From NCBI GenBank assembly GCA_031538685.1, contig JAVKMA010000357.1:1-26083 (forward strand): a stretch of 26,083 nucleotides of DNA, read 5' to 3'. Position numbers and translations under genes: made by a program. The notes beneath the pieces are model-generated. The model was not told the DNA's origin and made no database searches. It saw nothing but the letters and a program-made list of their open reading frames with translations. Every line of letters starts with the position of its first letter. Position 1 is the stretch's first letter. This stretch comes from Burkholderiaceae bacterium. GTDB taxonomy: Bacteria > Pseudomonadota > Gammaproteobacteria > Burkholderiales > Burkholderiaceae. Of the stretch, positions 1 to 8,407 are shown piece after piece.

Positions 1-2
1 AT

Positions 3-1139
3 CGTAGTCCTTTATATACCGGTGTTATTGAAGGGGTGGGCCCGCGCTATTGTCCGTCGATAGAAGATAAAATTCATCGTTTTTCAAATAAGGAATCGCA
101 TCAAATTTTTTTAGAACCAGAAGGTTTAAATACTCAAGAGATTTATCCTAATGGAGTGTCAACCAGTTTACCTTTTGATATTCAATTAGCATTGATTCGG
201 TCGATAAAGGGTTTGCAGGGTGCAAATATTGTTCGCTCGGGTTATGCGATTGAGTACGATTACTATAGCCCCACCGCATTAAAACAGAGCTTGGAATCAA
301 AAAATATTAAAGGTTTGTTTTTTGCAGGGCAAGTGAATGGGACAACAGGGTATGAAGAGGCGGCGGCACAAGGTTTACTCGCAGGAATTAATGCGGCATT
401 AAAAATTAAAGAAAAAGAGCCTTGGTACCCAAGTCGGAGCGAGTCGTATATCGGCGTTATGGTTGATGATTTAACATCTAAAGGTGTTTTGGAGCCGTAT
501 CGGATGTTTACCAGCCGTGCAGAATTTCGCTTATTTTTACGTGAAGATAATGCCGATAGCCGCTTAACAGAATTGGGTTATCGCTTAGGCTGTGTTGATG
601 AGGAGCGTTGGCAAGGCTTTAATCAAAAGAAGACGCAAATAGAAAAAGAGGTTCAACGTTTAAAAGACAATTCTGTCTTGCCTCAAATTTTATTTGATAA
701 GGGTTATGAGCCAAGTAATGAAATTAAACAGGCAATTACTTTATACGATCTTGCACGCCGTCCAGAATTAAATTATACGGGCTTGAAAACCCTACTACCC
801 GAATCTTTTGTTGCAATGAATCCAGACATAAACCTTCGTCGCGACACTCAGCAAAGTATTAACGCGCAAATTAAATACTCTGGTTATATTGAGCGGCAAC
901 AACGAGAGTTTTTAAGGACACAAAAAAACCTTTCAACGCGCTTGCCAAAAAATTTAGATTATCAAAAAATTAATGGGCTGTCTATGGAGATTCGACAAAA
1001 ATTAACCCAATTCCGTCCAGAAACTCTGGGGCAGGCGGGGCAAATTTCTGGGATCACGCCCAGTGCGATTGCGTATTTATTGATTTATTTAAAGAAAAAT
1101 AGCGCCTTAATCAGCGACTCAGAGGCCTTATTAAATTAA
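3..1139 (+). CDS. mnmG: tRNA uridine-5-carboxymethylaminomethyl(34) synthesis enzyme MnmG (GidA), 5'-truncated by the window edge
   Basis: Frame is open from position 3 ([23 protein letters not shown]). GidA motifs [58 protein letters not shown]. Upstream of rsmG-parA-parB. Confidence 0.97.
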   Translation, partial: RSPLYTGVIEGVGPRYCPSIEDKIHRFSNKESHQIFLEPEGLNTQEIYPNGVSTSLPFDIQLALIRSIKGLQGANIVRSGYAIEYDYYSPTALKQSLESKNIKGLFFAGQVNGTTGYEEAAAQGLLAGINAALKIKEKEPWYPSRSESYIGVMVDDLTSKGVLEPYRMFTSRAEFRLFLREDNADSRLTELGYRLGCVDEERWQGFNQKKTQIEKEVQRLKDNSVLPQILFDKGYEPSNEIKQAITLYDLARRPELNYTGLKTLLPESFVAMNPDINLRRDTQQSINAQIKYSGYIERQQREFLRTQKNLSTRLPKNLDYQKINGLSMEIRQKLTQFRPETLGQAGQISGITPSAIAYLLIYLKKNSALISDSEALLN

Positions 1140-1176
1140 TCAAAGGGTAAAAATCGGTTTTTACAGCGATTTAAAT

Positions 1177-1192
1177 TGTTTCACATGAAACC
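1177..1192. promoter_or_regulatory. parS centromere-like site (ParB binding)
   Basis: TGTTTCACATGAAACC matches the widespread parS consensus TGTTTCACGTGAAACA at 14/16. Arms GTTTCA/TGAAAC are perfectly inverted. Lies about 0.6 kb upstream of parAB. Confidence 0.8.
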
Positions 1193-1811
1193 ACTATTTA
1201 CACAACTAAGCGCCGCAGATCATTTGACGGCACAAGAAAGCATTGATTTCGAACGTTATTTTGAGTTGTTATTTAAATGGAATTTAACACATAATTTAAC
1301 CGCGATTCTTGATGAAAAAGACGCTTTAATTAAGCATTTAATTGACTGCTTAAGCTTGTTGCCCTTCTTGTCGCAACAAAAAACTTTATTAGATGTTGGG
1401 ACTGGTGCGGGTTTTCCGGGTTTGGTTATTGCGATAATGAATCGTGAAAAAAAAATTACTTTGATTGAAAAATCAGCTAAAAAATGTGCATTTTTAACCG
1501 AGGTAAAAAATCAATTAAAATTGGCCCAGGTTAATGTGGTTTGTGGAGATGTTGCTGTGTGGCGCGCTGGTTTTTTTGATGAAATTACTGCGCGCGCATT
1601 TAGTACACCAGAAAAACTCATCCGTGTGAGCGCTCATTTACTGTCGCCGAATGGGGAGTATTTATTGATGTTAGGTAAAAAACCGGAAAACCTAGCCCGG
1701 TCACTACCGGATGCTTGGACGGTTGTAAAAGAAACGCCGCTGAAAGCTTCAGAATTAATGACAGATCGTTGGATTATTCAAGTTAGTCGAGGAGAGGGAG
1801 AACATGACTGA
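1185..1811 (+). CDS. rsmG: 16S rRNA (guanine(527)-N7)-methyltransferase RsmG (GidB)
   Basis: KWNLTHNLTAI, LDVGTGAGFPG SAM-binding motif, TARAF. Position between mnmG and parA. ATG at 1185 preferred; TTG at 1176 is an alternative start. Confidence 0.95.
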   Translation: MKPLFTQLSAADHLTAQESIDFERYFELLFKWNLTHNLTAILDEKDALIKHLIDCLSLLPFLSQQKTLLDVGTGAGFPGLVIAIMNREKKITLIEKSAKKCAFLTEVKNQLKLAQVNVVCGDVAVWRAGFFDEITARAFSTPEKLIRVSAHLLSPNGEYLLMLGKKPENLARSLPDAWTVVKETPLKASELMTDRWIIQVSRGEGEHD

Positions 1812-2565
1812 AATCGTTTGTGTCGCAAATCAAAAAGGCGGCGTTGGGAAAACAACAACTGCGATTAATTTAGCGGCGAGTCTTGCTCATAAAGGCAAAA
1901 AAATTTTATTGATAGACTTAGACCCTCAAGGTAACGCCACCATGGGGGTCGGGGTTGAAAAAAGCGATCAAGAACAGACGGTGTACCAGGCGTTATTGGG
2001 TATGGTAGATTTAAATGCGGTAGTGAAAAACACCGTAATTCCTAATTTTAAAGTAGTCCCTTCCAATCGAAATTTAGCGGCCGCAGAGTTAGAGCTTGCA
2101 GATTTTGAGCGCCGTGAATATCGCTTAGCCGATGCAATTAAAGCGCTGAAAGAAAATTTTGATTTTATTTTTATTGATTGTCCTCCGGCGTTATCTTTGT
2201 TGACCATCAATGCGTTTTCTGCCGCGAATAGTGTATTGATTCCGATGCAGTGCGAGTATTTTGCGCTAGAAGGATTAACCGATTTAATTGATTCGATTAA
2301 ACGAATTCAAAATCAGTTAAACCCTAATCTAAGGATTTGCGGTTTATTGCGAGTGATGTTCGATCGTCGTGCAAGTTTGTCGCAGCAAGTGTCAGGGCAA
2401 TTAGAAAAACATTTTTATTCGGTCTTATTTAAAACGCTGATTCCTCGGAATATTCGTTTAGCAGAAGCGCCTTCGTTTGGTCAGCCGGCAATTATTTTTG
2501 ATCCGCAAGCTCAAGGGACTTTGGCATATTTAGAGTTGGCAACCGAATTTTTAAAAGCAAAATAA
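1804..2565 (+). CDS. parA: Chromosome partitioning ATPase ParA (Soj)
   Basis: Deviant Walker A NQKGGVGKTTT, IDLDPQGNAT, DCPPALSLLT, QCEYFALEGL, IPRNIRLAEAPSFG. Overlaps the rsmG end by 8 nt. Confidence 0.97.
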   Translation: MTEIVCVANQKGGVGKTTTAINLAASLAHKGKKILLIDLDPQGNATMGVGVEKSDQEQTVYQALLGMVDLNAVVKNTVIPNFKVVPSNRNLAAAELELADFERREYRLADAIKALKENFDFIFIDCPPALSLLTINAFSAANSVLIPMQCEYFALEGLTDLIDSIKRIQNQLNPNLRICGLLRVMFDRRASLSQQVSGQLEKHFYSVLFKTLIPRNIRLAEAPSFGQPAIIFDPQAQGTLAYLELATEFLKAK

Positions 2566-2571
2566 TTGAAT

Positions 2572-3441
2572 ATGGCGAATAAACAGCGAGGATTAGGGCG
2601 GGGGCTTGACGCGCTTTTAGGTGCGCAGACGAGTACGAGCAATCAGCAAAAGATGCTGCAGCTAACTCAATTGGTGCCCGGCAAATATCAGCCACGCGGG
2701 GCGATGGAGGAGCGTGCGCTCAATGAGTTGGCGCAATCCATTAAGCTTCATGGCATCATGCAACCGATTTTAGTTCGCTATCAGGCGGAAGGTTTGTACG
2801 AAATTATCGCCGGGGAGCGGCGTTTTCAAGCGGCAAAACGCGCGGGTTTGGTGGAGGTGCCCGTTTTAGTCAAAGAGGCCGACGATCAAAGCAGTGCAGT
2901 AATGGCCTTGATCGAAAATATTCAAAGGGAAGATTTAAACCCGATTGAAGAAGCGCGCGGAATGACGCGCCTGATAAAGGAGTTTTCGTTGACCCATGAG
3001 CAGGTTGCCGAAGTCTTGGGCAAGTCGCGGACCGCGATTACCAATACTTTGCGCTTGACCAGTTTAGCGCTTGCGGTGCAAGAGTGGTTGATTAAGGGCG
3101 CAATCGAAATGGGGCATGCGCGAGCGCTGATTACCTTGTCATCGGCGGAACAAGTACAGCTGGCGCAAAAAATTATTTTGAATAAATGGTCTGTGCGGCA
3201 AGCGGAACAGCAAGTTAAGGCGCTAAAGTTGGAGCCAGAAAATCTGCCAGCAAGCGAGAAATCAAATCAGCCGATTCAATCTGAAGCGATAAATAATAAT
3301 TTACGGCAACTTGAAGAGCAGTTATCCGATCAATTGGCGGTACAGGTGTCTTTACACGCGAGCAAAAAAGGTTTGACCTTTGCGGCAGAGTTCGTTGATC
3401 AGGCCGCATTAGAACAATTCATAGATCGAATTTTGCGTTAA
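2572..3441 (+). CDS. parB: Chromosome partitioning protein ParB (Spo0J)
   Basis: GLGRGLDALL N-terminal motif, YQPR, QPILVR, YEIIAGERRFQAA (CTP-binding box), ALIENIQREDLNPIEEA, HTH with KSRTAITNTLRL. ATG at 2572. Confidence 0.97.
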   Translation: MANKQRGLGRGLDALLGAQTSTSNQQKMLQLTQLVPGKYQPRGAMEERALNELAQSIKLHGIMQPILVRYQAEGLYEIIAGERRFQAAKRAGLVEVPVLVKEADDQSSAVMALIENIQREDLNPIEEARGMTRLIKEFSLTHEQVAEVLGKSRTAITNTLRLTSLALAVQEWLIKGAIEMGHARALITLSSAEQVQLAQKIILNKWSVRQAEQQVKALKLEPENLPASEKSNQPIQSEAINNNLRQLEEQLSDQLAVQVSLHASKKGLTFAAEFVDQAALEQFIDRILR

Positions 3442-3511
3442 TCCTTAATTAAAAAAGGCGGTCTTTTATCGGTGCCTCTTTGTTTGATGCGAATGTTGGA
3501 TTGGACTGCTT

Positions 3512-4600
3512 TTAAATGCGCAGCTCGGTTTCTGGATCAAAAAACAAAGACTTTTCTAAGCTAAAGCCCAGACGCATGGTGGTATCGTGTTGGGCCTTAA
3601 GCATTGGAGGAATCCGCGCCGTGACTTTACATTCATTGATAAAACCATATAACATCGTATCAGGTCCTGTGGGTTCTTGAGTCGTGATAGCAAAGTCTAA
3701 TTCGGCATTGCGTTCAGGACTAATAACCCCGATATTTTCTGGACGAATACCCATTAACAAGGTTTTGCCCACATAAGGGCGAAGGCGTTCTGGCGCAACT
3801 TGTGTGGCGGAGCTGTTACCGGAGCGCAAATCAAAAACCGTTTTCCCCAAATCTTCACGCAATTGAACTTTAATAAAACTCATTGAGGGTGAACCAATAA
3901 ATCCCGCGACAAAGAGATTGCTTGGCGTGTCGTAAATCTCGCGAGGGCGGCCAAATTGCTGCACCACGCCGTCTTTCATCACCGCAATTTTATCGCCTAA
4001 AGTCATCGCTTCGATTTGATCATGCGTGACGTAGACGGTTGTGCGGCCTAAACGTTGATGCAGAAGTTTAATTTCTGCGCGCATTTCAACGCGTAATTTC
4101 GCGTCCAAATTTGATAAAGGCTCATCAAATAAAAATAATTTGGGCTCCCGCGCCAAGGCTCGCCCCATTGCCACGCGTTGTCGTTGACCGCCAGAGAGCT
4201 GGCCAGGTTTGCGATCAAGCAGAGCCTCAATTTGTAACAGTGCGGCGACTCGGGCAACGATTTTTGCTTGCTCTGCTTTGGCGACTTTACGAATTGACAG
4301 GCCAAATGAGATGTTTTGTCGCACCGTCATTGAGGGATACAGCGCGTAGGATTGAAATACCATTGCGATATCGCGATCTTTGGGCGGCAAATGATTGATA
4401 CTTTTGCCGTCAATGCAAATTTCACCCGAGCTGGCATCTTCTAAACCAGCAATAATATTAAGCAAAGTGGATTTGCCGCAACCAGAACCGCCGACCAAAA
4501 TTAAAAACTCCCCAGACTCAATCTCTAAATTGATTCCCTTGAGAACGGGTTGACCGTTAGGGTAGGTTTTTTGAATATTACGGATGCTAAGTTGAGTCAT
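3512..4600 (-). CDS. Sugar ABC transporter ATP-binding subunit (MalK/UgpC/GtsD-like)
   Basis: Walker A GGSGCGKST, Q-loop MVFQSYALYP, signature LSGGQRQRVAMGRA, FLFDEPLSNLDAKLR, H-loop YVTHDQ, C-terminal regulatory/TOBE-like region. Confidence 0.95.
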   Translation of the reverse strand: MTQLSIRNIQKTYPNGQPVLKGINLEIESGEFLILVGGSGCGKSTLLNIIAGLEDASSGEICIDGKSINHLPPKDRDIAMVFQSYALYPSMTVRQNISFGLSIRKVAKAEQAKIVARVAALLQIEALLDRKPGQLSGGQRQRVAMGRALAREPKLFLFDEPLSNLDAKLRVEMRAEIKLLHQRLGRTTVYVTHDQIEAMTLGDKIAVMKDGVVQQFGRPREIYDTPSNLFVAGFIGSPSMSFIKVQLREDLGKTVFDLRSGNSSATQVAPERLRPYVGKTLLMGIRPENIGVISPERNAELDFAITTQEPTGPDTMLYGFINECKVTARIPPMLKAQHDTTMRLGFSLEKSLFFDPETELRI

Positions 4601-4629
4601 AAAGTCTCCAGTCGTTTTATTTTTGATTA

Positions 4630-4772
4630 GGGCAGTTCTATCAATTCATTTTTGCGGCGAATTGCTTTGTTGCGCAGTACGCGAAATCCTCACGTACTGT
4701 AGGTACGCTCCGGTTTCTGTGTGCTGTGCGCCTCGCACTTCATCCGCACATTCTGTATTTATAGAAGTGCCC
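4630..4772 (+). mobile_element. 143-bp MITE-like palindromic element, copy A
   Basis: GGGCAGTTCTAT...ATAGAAGTGCCC ends; 3 differences from the six-copy consensus. Flanked by direct repeats ATTA (4626-4629 and 4773-4776). Confidence 0.9.
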
Positions 4773-4773
4773 A

Positions 4774-5625
4774 TTAGCCTTTAACTGCGCCGGCGGTAAG
4801 GCCGCGAACAAAATAGCGCCCCGCAATAATGTAGACCACCAGCGTTGGCATTGCCGCGATGAGCGCGGCCGCCATATCGGTGTTGTACTCTTTAACGCCT
4901 GTAGAGGTGTTTACTAAGTTATTGAGCGCCGTCGTAATCGGTTGCGCGCTACTGCCTCCAAATACGACGCCAAATAGAAAGTCGTTCCAAATTTGAGTAA
5001 ATTGCCAAATGATAGAGACGACAAAAATCGGCGTTGAAATCGGTAATAAGATGCGTCCAAAAATCGTCCAGAACCCCGCACCATCAATACGCGCCGCTCG
5101 TATCAACTCATGTGAAATTGATAAAAAGTAGTTGCGGAAAAATAAAGTCGTAAACGCTAATCCGTATACCACGTGCACAAAAATCAAACCACTCATCGTA
5201 TTGGCCAGACCGAACAGGCCGAGAAAACGCGCCATGGGTAAAATAATGACCTGAAAGGGGATGAAACAACCGAGAAGCAAGCCCGTGAATAAAATTTCGC
5301 TACCGCGGAACTTCCAATGCACCAAAACATAACCGTTTAATGCGCCCACAATTGTTGAGATCAGTACTGCTGGGACGACCAGTTGAATTGAATTCCAAAA
5401 GTAAGGCGCCATTCCTTCGCAACGAACGCCGGTACAGGCGCGGCCCCAGGCTTTAATCCACGCATCCAAAGACAAGTGCACGGGGAAAGACAGCAAATTC
5501 GAATTACGAATTTCGTCGACAGTCTTAAAAGACGTTGCTAATAAAACGTAAAGAGGGATTAGGTAATACGCTGCAAAAAGAATGAGCAGAGCGTATAAAA
5601 ATAATCGAGAGGGTTTAATCAGCAT
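4774..5625 (-). CDS. Carbohydrate ABC transporter permease (MalG/GtsC-like)
   Basis: Multiple hydrophobic segments, EAA-like loop ELIRAARIDGAG, QFTQIWNDFLFG. In operon with ATPase and binding protein. Confidence 0.93.
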   Translation of the reverse strand: MLIKPSRLFLYALLILFAAYYLIPLYVLLATSFKTVDEIRNSNLLSFPVHLSLDAWIKAWGRACTGVRCEGMAPYFWNSIQLVVPAVLISTIVGALNGYVLVHWKFRGSEILFTGLLLGCFIPFQVIILPMARFLGLFGLANTMSGLIFVHVVYGLAFTTLFFRNYFLSISHELIRAARIDGAGFWTIFGRILLPISTPIFVVSIIWQFTQIWNDFLFGVVFGGSSAQPITTALNNLVNTSTGVKEYNTDMAAALIAAMPTLVVYIIAGRYFVRGLTAGAVKG

Positions 5626-5637
5626 CGCGCAGTCTCC

Positions 5638-6516
5638 TTAGCTTTTCTGTTTCGTTTCCATGTAAATCATCGGAACCAGGACCGCGATTAAGGTTAATAA
5701 CATCATCATGGCAGAGGCCGCGCCCAAACCGAGCTGGCCGCGGTTAAACGAAAATTGATACATAAAGATCGCCGGCACATCTGTTGAGGTTCCAGGGCCG
5801 CCGCCAGTTAGGGCCATGACCAAGTCAAAACTTTTCACGGCAATATGCGCCAAAATCATTGCCACGCTAAAGAAAACCGGACGAATCGAGGGAATAATGA
5901 TGAGCCAATAAATGGTTGGGGCTTTGGCGCCATCAACCTGAGCGGCTTTAAATAATTCAGCATCAACGCCGCGCAGGCCGGCGAGGAACAAGGCCATTGC
6001 AAAACCAGAGGATTGCCACAATCCCGCCAGAACCACGGTATAAATCGCCATATCGGAGTTAACGACCCAATCAAAGCTCGCGTTTTGAAAGCCCCAATCA
6101 TGCAAGACTTTTTCGACACCGATTCCAGGGTTCAGTATCCATTTCCACGCAGTTCCCGTGACGATGAAAGACAGAGCCATGGGGTAGAGGTAAATCGCAC
6201 GTAAAAAGCCTTCAGCGCGAATTTTTTGATCCAACAAAATAGCAAGCAATAGACCAATCGCGCCGGCACCAAAAACGAACAGCAGGCCAAAAATTCCCAG
6301 GTTAGTCCAACTGACCCACCAGCGATCGGTATCAAAAAGTGCAAGGTATTGAACGAATCCGGCCCATTCCCAGCGAGGCAATAAGCGCGATTCGGTAAAA
6401 GACAGCCACGCGGTAATGAGGATAAAGCCGTAAATAAAGATCAGCGCAATGAGTACCGTCGGCGAGATGACCAGTTTGGCTAAAAAATTATCGCCAAATA
6501 ATTTGATACGACTCAT
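5638..6516 (-). CDS. Carbohydrate ABC transporter permease (MalF/GtsB-like)
   Basis: LRAIYLYPMALSFIVTG, EAA-like loop ELFKAAQVDGA, FDLVMALTGGGPG, multiple transmembrane segments. Confidence 0.93.
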   Translation of the reverse strand: MSRIKLFGDNFLAKLVISPTVLIALIFIYGFILITAWLSFTESRLLPRWEWAGFVQYLALFDTDRWWVSWTNLGIFGLLFVFGAGAIGLLLAILLDQKIRAEGFLRAIYLYPMALSFIVTGTAWKWILNPGIGVEKVLHDWGFQNASFDWVVNSDMAIYTVVLAGLWQSSGFAMALFLAGLRGVDAELFKAAQVDGAKAPTIYWLIIIPSIRPVFFSVAMILAHIAVKSFDLVMALTGGGPGTSTDVPAIFMYQFSFNRGQLGLGAASAMMMLLTLIAVLVPMIYMETKQKS

Positions 6517-6544
6517 GGGGCCTCCTTAGCGGCGTTTTATTTTA

Positions 6545-6687
6545 GGGCACTTCTATCAATTCATTTTTGCGGCGAGTTGCTTTGTTGCGCAGTACGCGAA
6601 ATCCTCACGTACTGTATGTACGCTTCGGTTTCTGTGTGCTGTGCGTCCCGCACTTCATCCGCACATTCTGTATTTATAGAAGAGCCC
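6545..6687 (+). mobile_element. 143-bp MITE-like palindromic element, copy B
   Basis: GGGCACTTCTAT...ATAGAAGAGCCC ends; 5 differences from consensus. Flanked by direct repeats TTTA (6541-6544 and 6688-6691). Confidence 0.9.
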
Positions 6688-6768
6688 TTTATCAATAATT
6701 TTTATTTTTATATACTGAAAAAAACTTGAAGCACCGCGATGAAACAAGTTTTTTTCGCTATATTTTCA

Positions 6769-6801
6769 TGCCGTCCCATCGTTTAAATCGATGGGACGGC
6801 A
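6769..6801. other. Perfect 13-bp stem-loop downstream of the binding-protein gene (probable mRNA-stability element or attenuator)
   Basis: TGCCGTCCCATCG-TTTAAAT-CGATGGGACGGCA. No U-tract follows on either strand. Confidence 0.75.
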
Positions 6802-6845
6802 CAAATTAAAGCAACAAGTGACAACAACTATTTCGTTGTGCCTGC

Positions 6846-8141
6846 TTATTTTGTTGCGCCTGCTTTAGCAACTGCCGCGGCAGCGTCTTTGCTTTTCATA
6901 TCTGAACTCATGAATTTAGCAACAACGTCAACAATCGCGCCTTGAGTCGCGTTAGGAACCGCCATTCCGTGGGCAAACGAAGGCACTAAACCACCATTGG
7001 ACGATGATTTGCCCATGTCTGCCATCGACAATTTGGCACAATCGTCAAATTTGTCAGTAGGAACGCCAGAAATACGTGCAGGAATCGAACCTTTATTCAA
7101 GTTAAACACTTCTTGAAATTCTGGGCTCATTACGGTTGACGCTAATGCTAACTGAGCTTTTTGAGCGGCAGGGTCTTTTTGTTTAAACATCGCTAAAGAA
7201 TCGATGTTGAACGTGAACGACGTTGCGGTACCAGGAGCTGCGGCGCAGATATAGTCTTTGCCAGGTGCTTTACCGGCGGCAGTGAATTCGCCTTTTGCCC
7301 AGTCGCCCATAAATTGCATACCGGCTTCGCCTTTGATGACCATTGCGGTAGCCAAGTTCCAATCGCGGTTGGCCGCATCTTTATCGATGTAGGTTTTGAG
7401 TTTGGCTAAGGTATCAAATACTTTGACCATCGTTGGCGAGTTCAATGCTTTTGGATCAAGTTTGACCAAAGCGTCTTGAAAGAACTTCGCGCCACCAACA
7501 CCTAACACCACTGATTCAAAAACCGTTGCATCTTGCCAAGGTTGGCTGCCGTGAGCCAAAGGTTGAATTTTGGCTTTTTTGAATTTGTCAGCTAAAGCAA
7601 AGAATTCAGCGTAATTTTTTGGTGCTGTTTTTACGCCAACTTTTTCCATTGCTGCTTTGTTAATCCACAACCAGTTGACGCGGTGCACGTTAACAGGAGC
7701 GGCAACATATTCGCCTTTAAATTTCATGACATCGGCAACGACTTTAGGTAACAAAGTATCCCAATCTTTAGCCGCTTCATTGACGTTTGCTAAAGCGCCT
7801 TCGTTCGCCCATTCTTGAATGGTCGGGCCTTTGATTTGTGCAGCAGCAGGCGCATTGCCCGCAACGACACGTGCTTTCAAAGCAGTCATGGCCGCGTCAC
7901 CGCCACCACCGGCGATCGCAGAATCAACCCAAGTGATGCCCTGTTTTTGCATCATGCTTTTTAATTCGCCGATCGACTTCGCTTCGCCACCTGAAGTCCA
8001 CCAATGTAAAACTTCAACGCTAGGACCCGCGGGTGCTGCTGCGGTAGATGCAGACGCAGATGCGGCTGGAGCAGCTTCTTTTTTACCGCAAGCCGTTAAG
8101 GCCAGTGCCGCAAAAGATGCGACTAATAATATTTTTTTCAT
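6846..8141 (-). CDS. Sugar ABC transporter substrate-binding protein, glucose/mannose-binding GtsA/GltB-like, with lipoprotein signal
   Basis: VEVLHWWTSGGEAK, APVNVHRVNWLW, QPWQDATVFE, MQFMGDWAKGEF, FNLNKGSIPAR resemble Pseudomonas-type glucose-binding proteins. N-terminus MKK-hydrophobic-LTAC lipobox, then an Ala/Ser/Pro linker. Confidence 0.9.
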   Translation of the reverse strand: MKKILLVASFAALALTACGKKEAAPAASASASTAAAPAGPSVEVLHWWTSGGEAKSIGELKSMMQKQGITWVDSAIAGGGGDAAMTALKARVVAGNAPAAAQIKGPTIQEWANEGALANVNEAAKDWDTLLPKVVADVMKFKGEYVAAPVNVHRVNWLWINKAAMEKVGVKTAPKNYAEFFALADKFKKAKIQPLAHGSQPWQDATVFESVVLGVGGAKFFQDALVKLDPKALNSPTMVKVFDTLAKLKTYIDKDAANRDWNLATAMVIKGEAGMQFMGDWAKGEFTAAGKAPGKDYICAAAPGTATSFTFNIDSLAMFKQKDPAAQKAQLALASTVMSPEFQEVFNLNKGSIPARISGVPTDKFDDCAKLSMADMGKSSSNGGLVPSFAHGMAVPNATQGAIVDVVAKFMSSDMKSKDAAAAVAKAGATK

Positions 8142-8407
8142 TTAGAGATCTCCCTTAAAGATAAGAACACAGCGAACAGAAAATTCGCCGCACGGCACTG
8201 AACATGCGCTACTTTTTACGCGGATAAAACTTTTGCGTAATTTGAATTAACACGTTAGCAGTCTTTCGATTTTAGATGATTTTCAGGGCGCGGGTCCAAA
8301 ACGCTACAAAATAAATTTTGTATGGAGGCCTATTCTCGATGTCGAGTTTGAGTCTTTACGATACACGCTGATACACTTCGCTCCTTCATATTTTGATTAT
8401 CGTCATC

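Noticed and set aside
1447-1455. A9 tract in rsmG as a phase-variation site
   Set aside because: In frame (Lys codons), within an AT-rich housekeeping gene; similar A/T runs are common here.
3454-3485. Intrinsic terminator between parB and the ABC ATPase
   Set aside because: Only a 4-bp AGGC/GCCT stem with a long loop; too weak to call.
1-3500. oriC / DnaA-box cluster
   Set aside because: I saw no TTATCCACA-like cluster; the origin, if nearby, is outside the window.
4630-6687. MITE A-permeases-MITE B as a mobilised cassette
   Set aside because: Each copy has its own TSD, and the permeases sit in their expected operon order.
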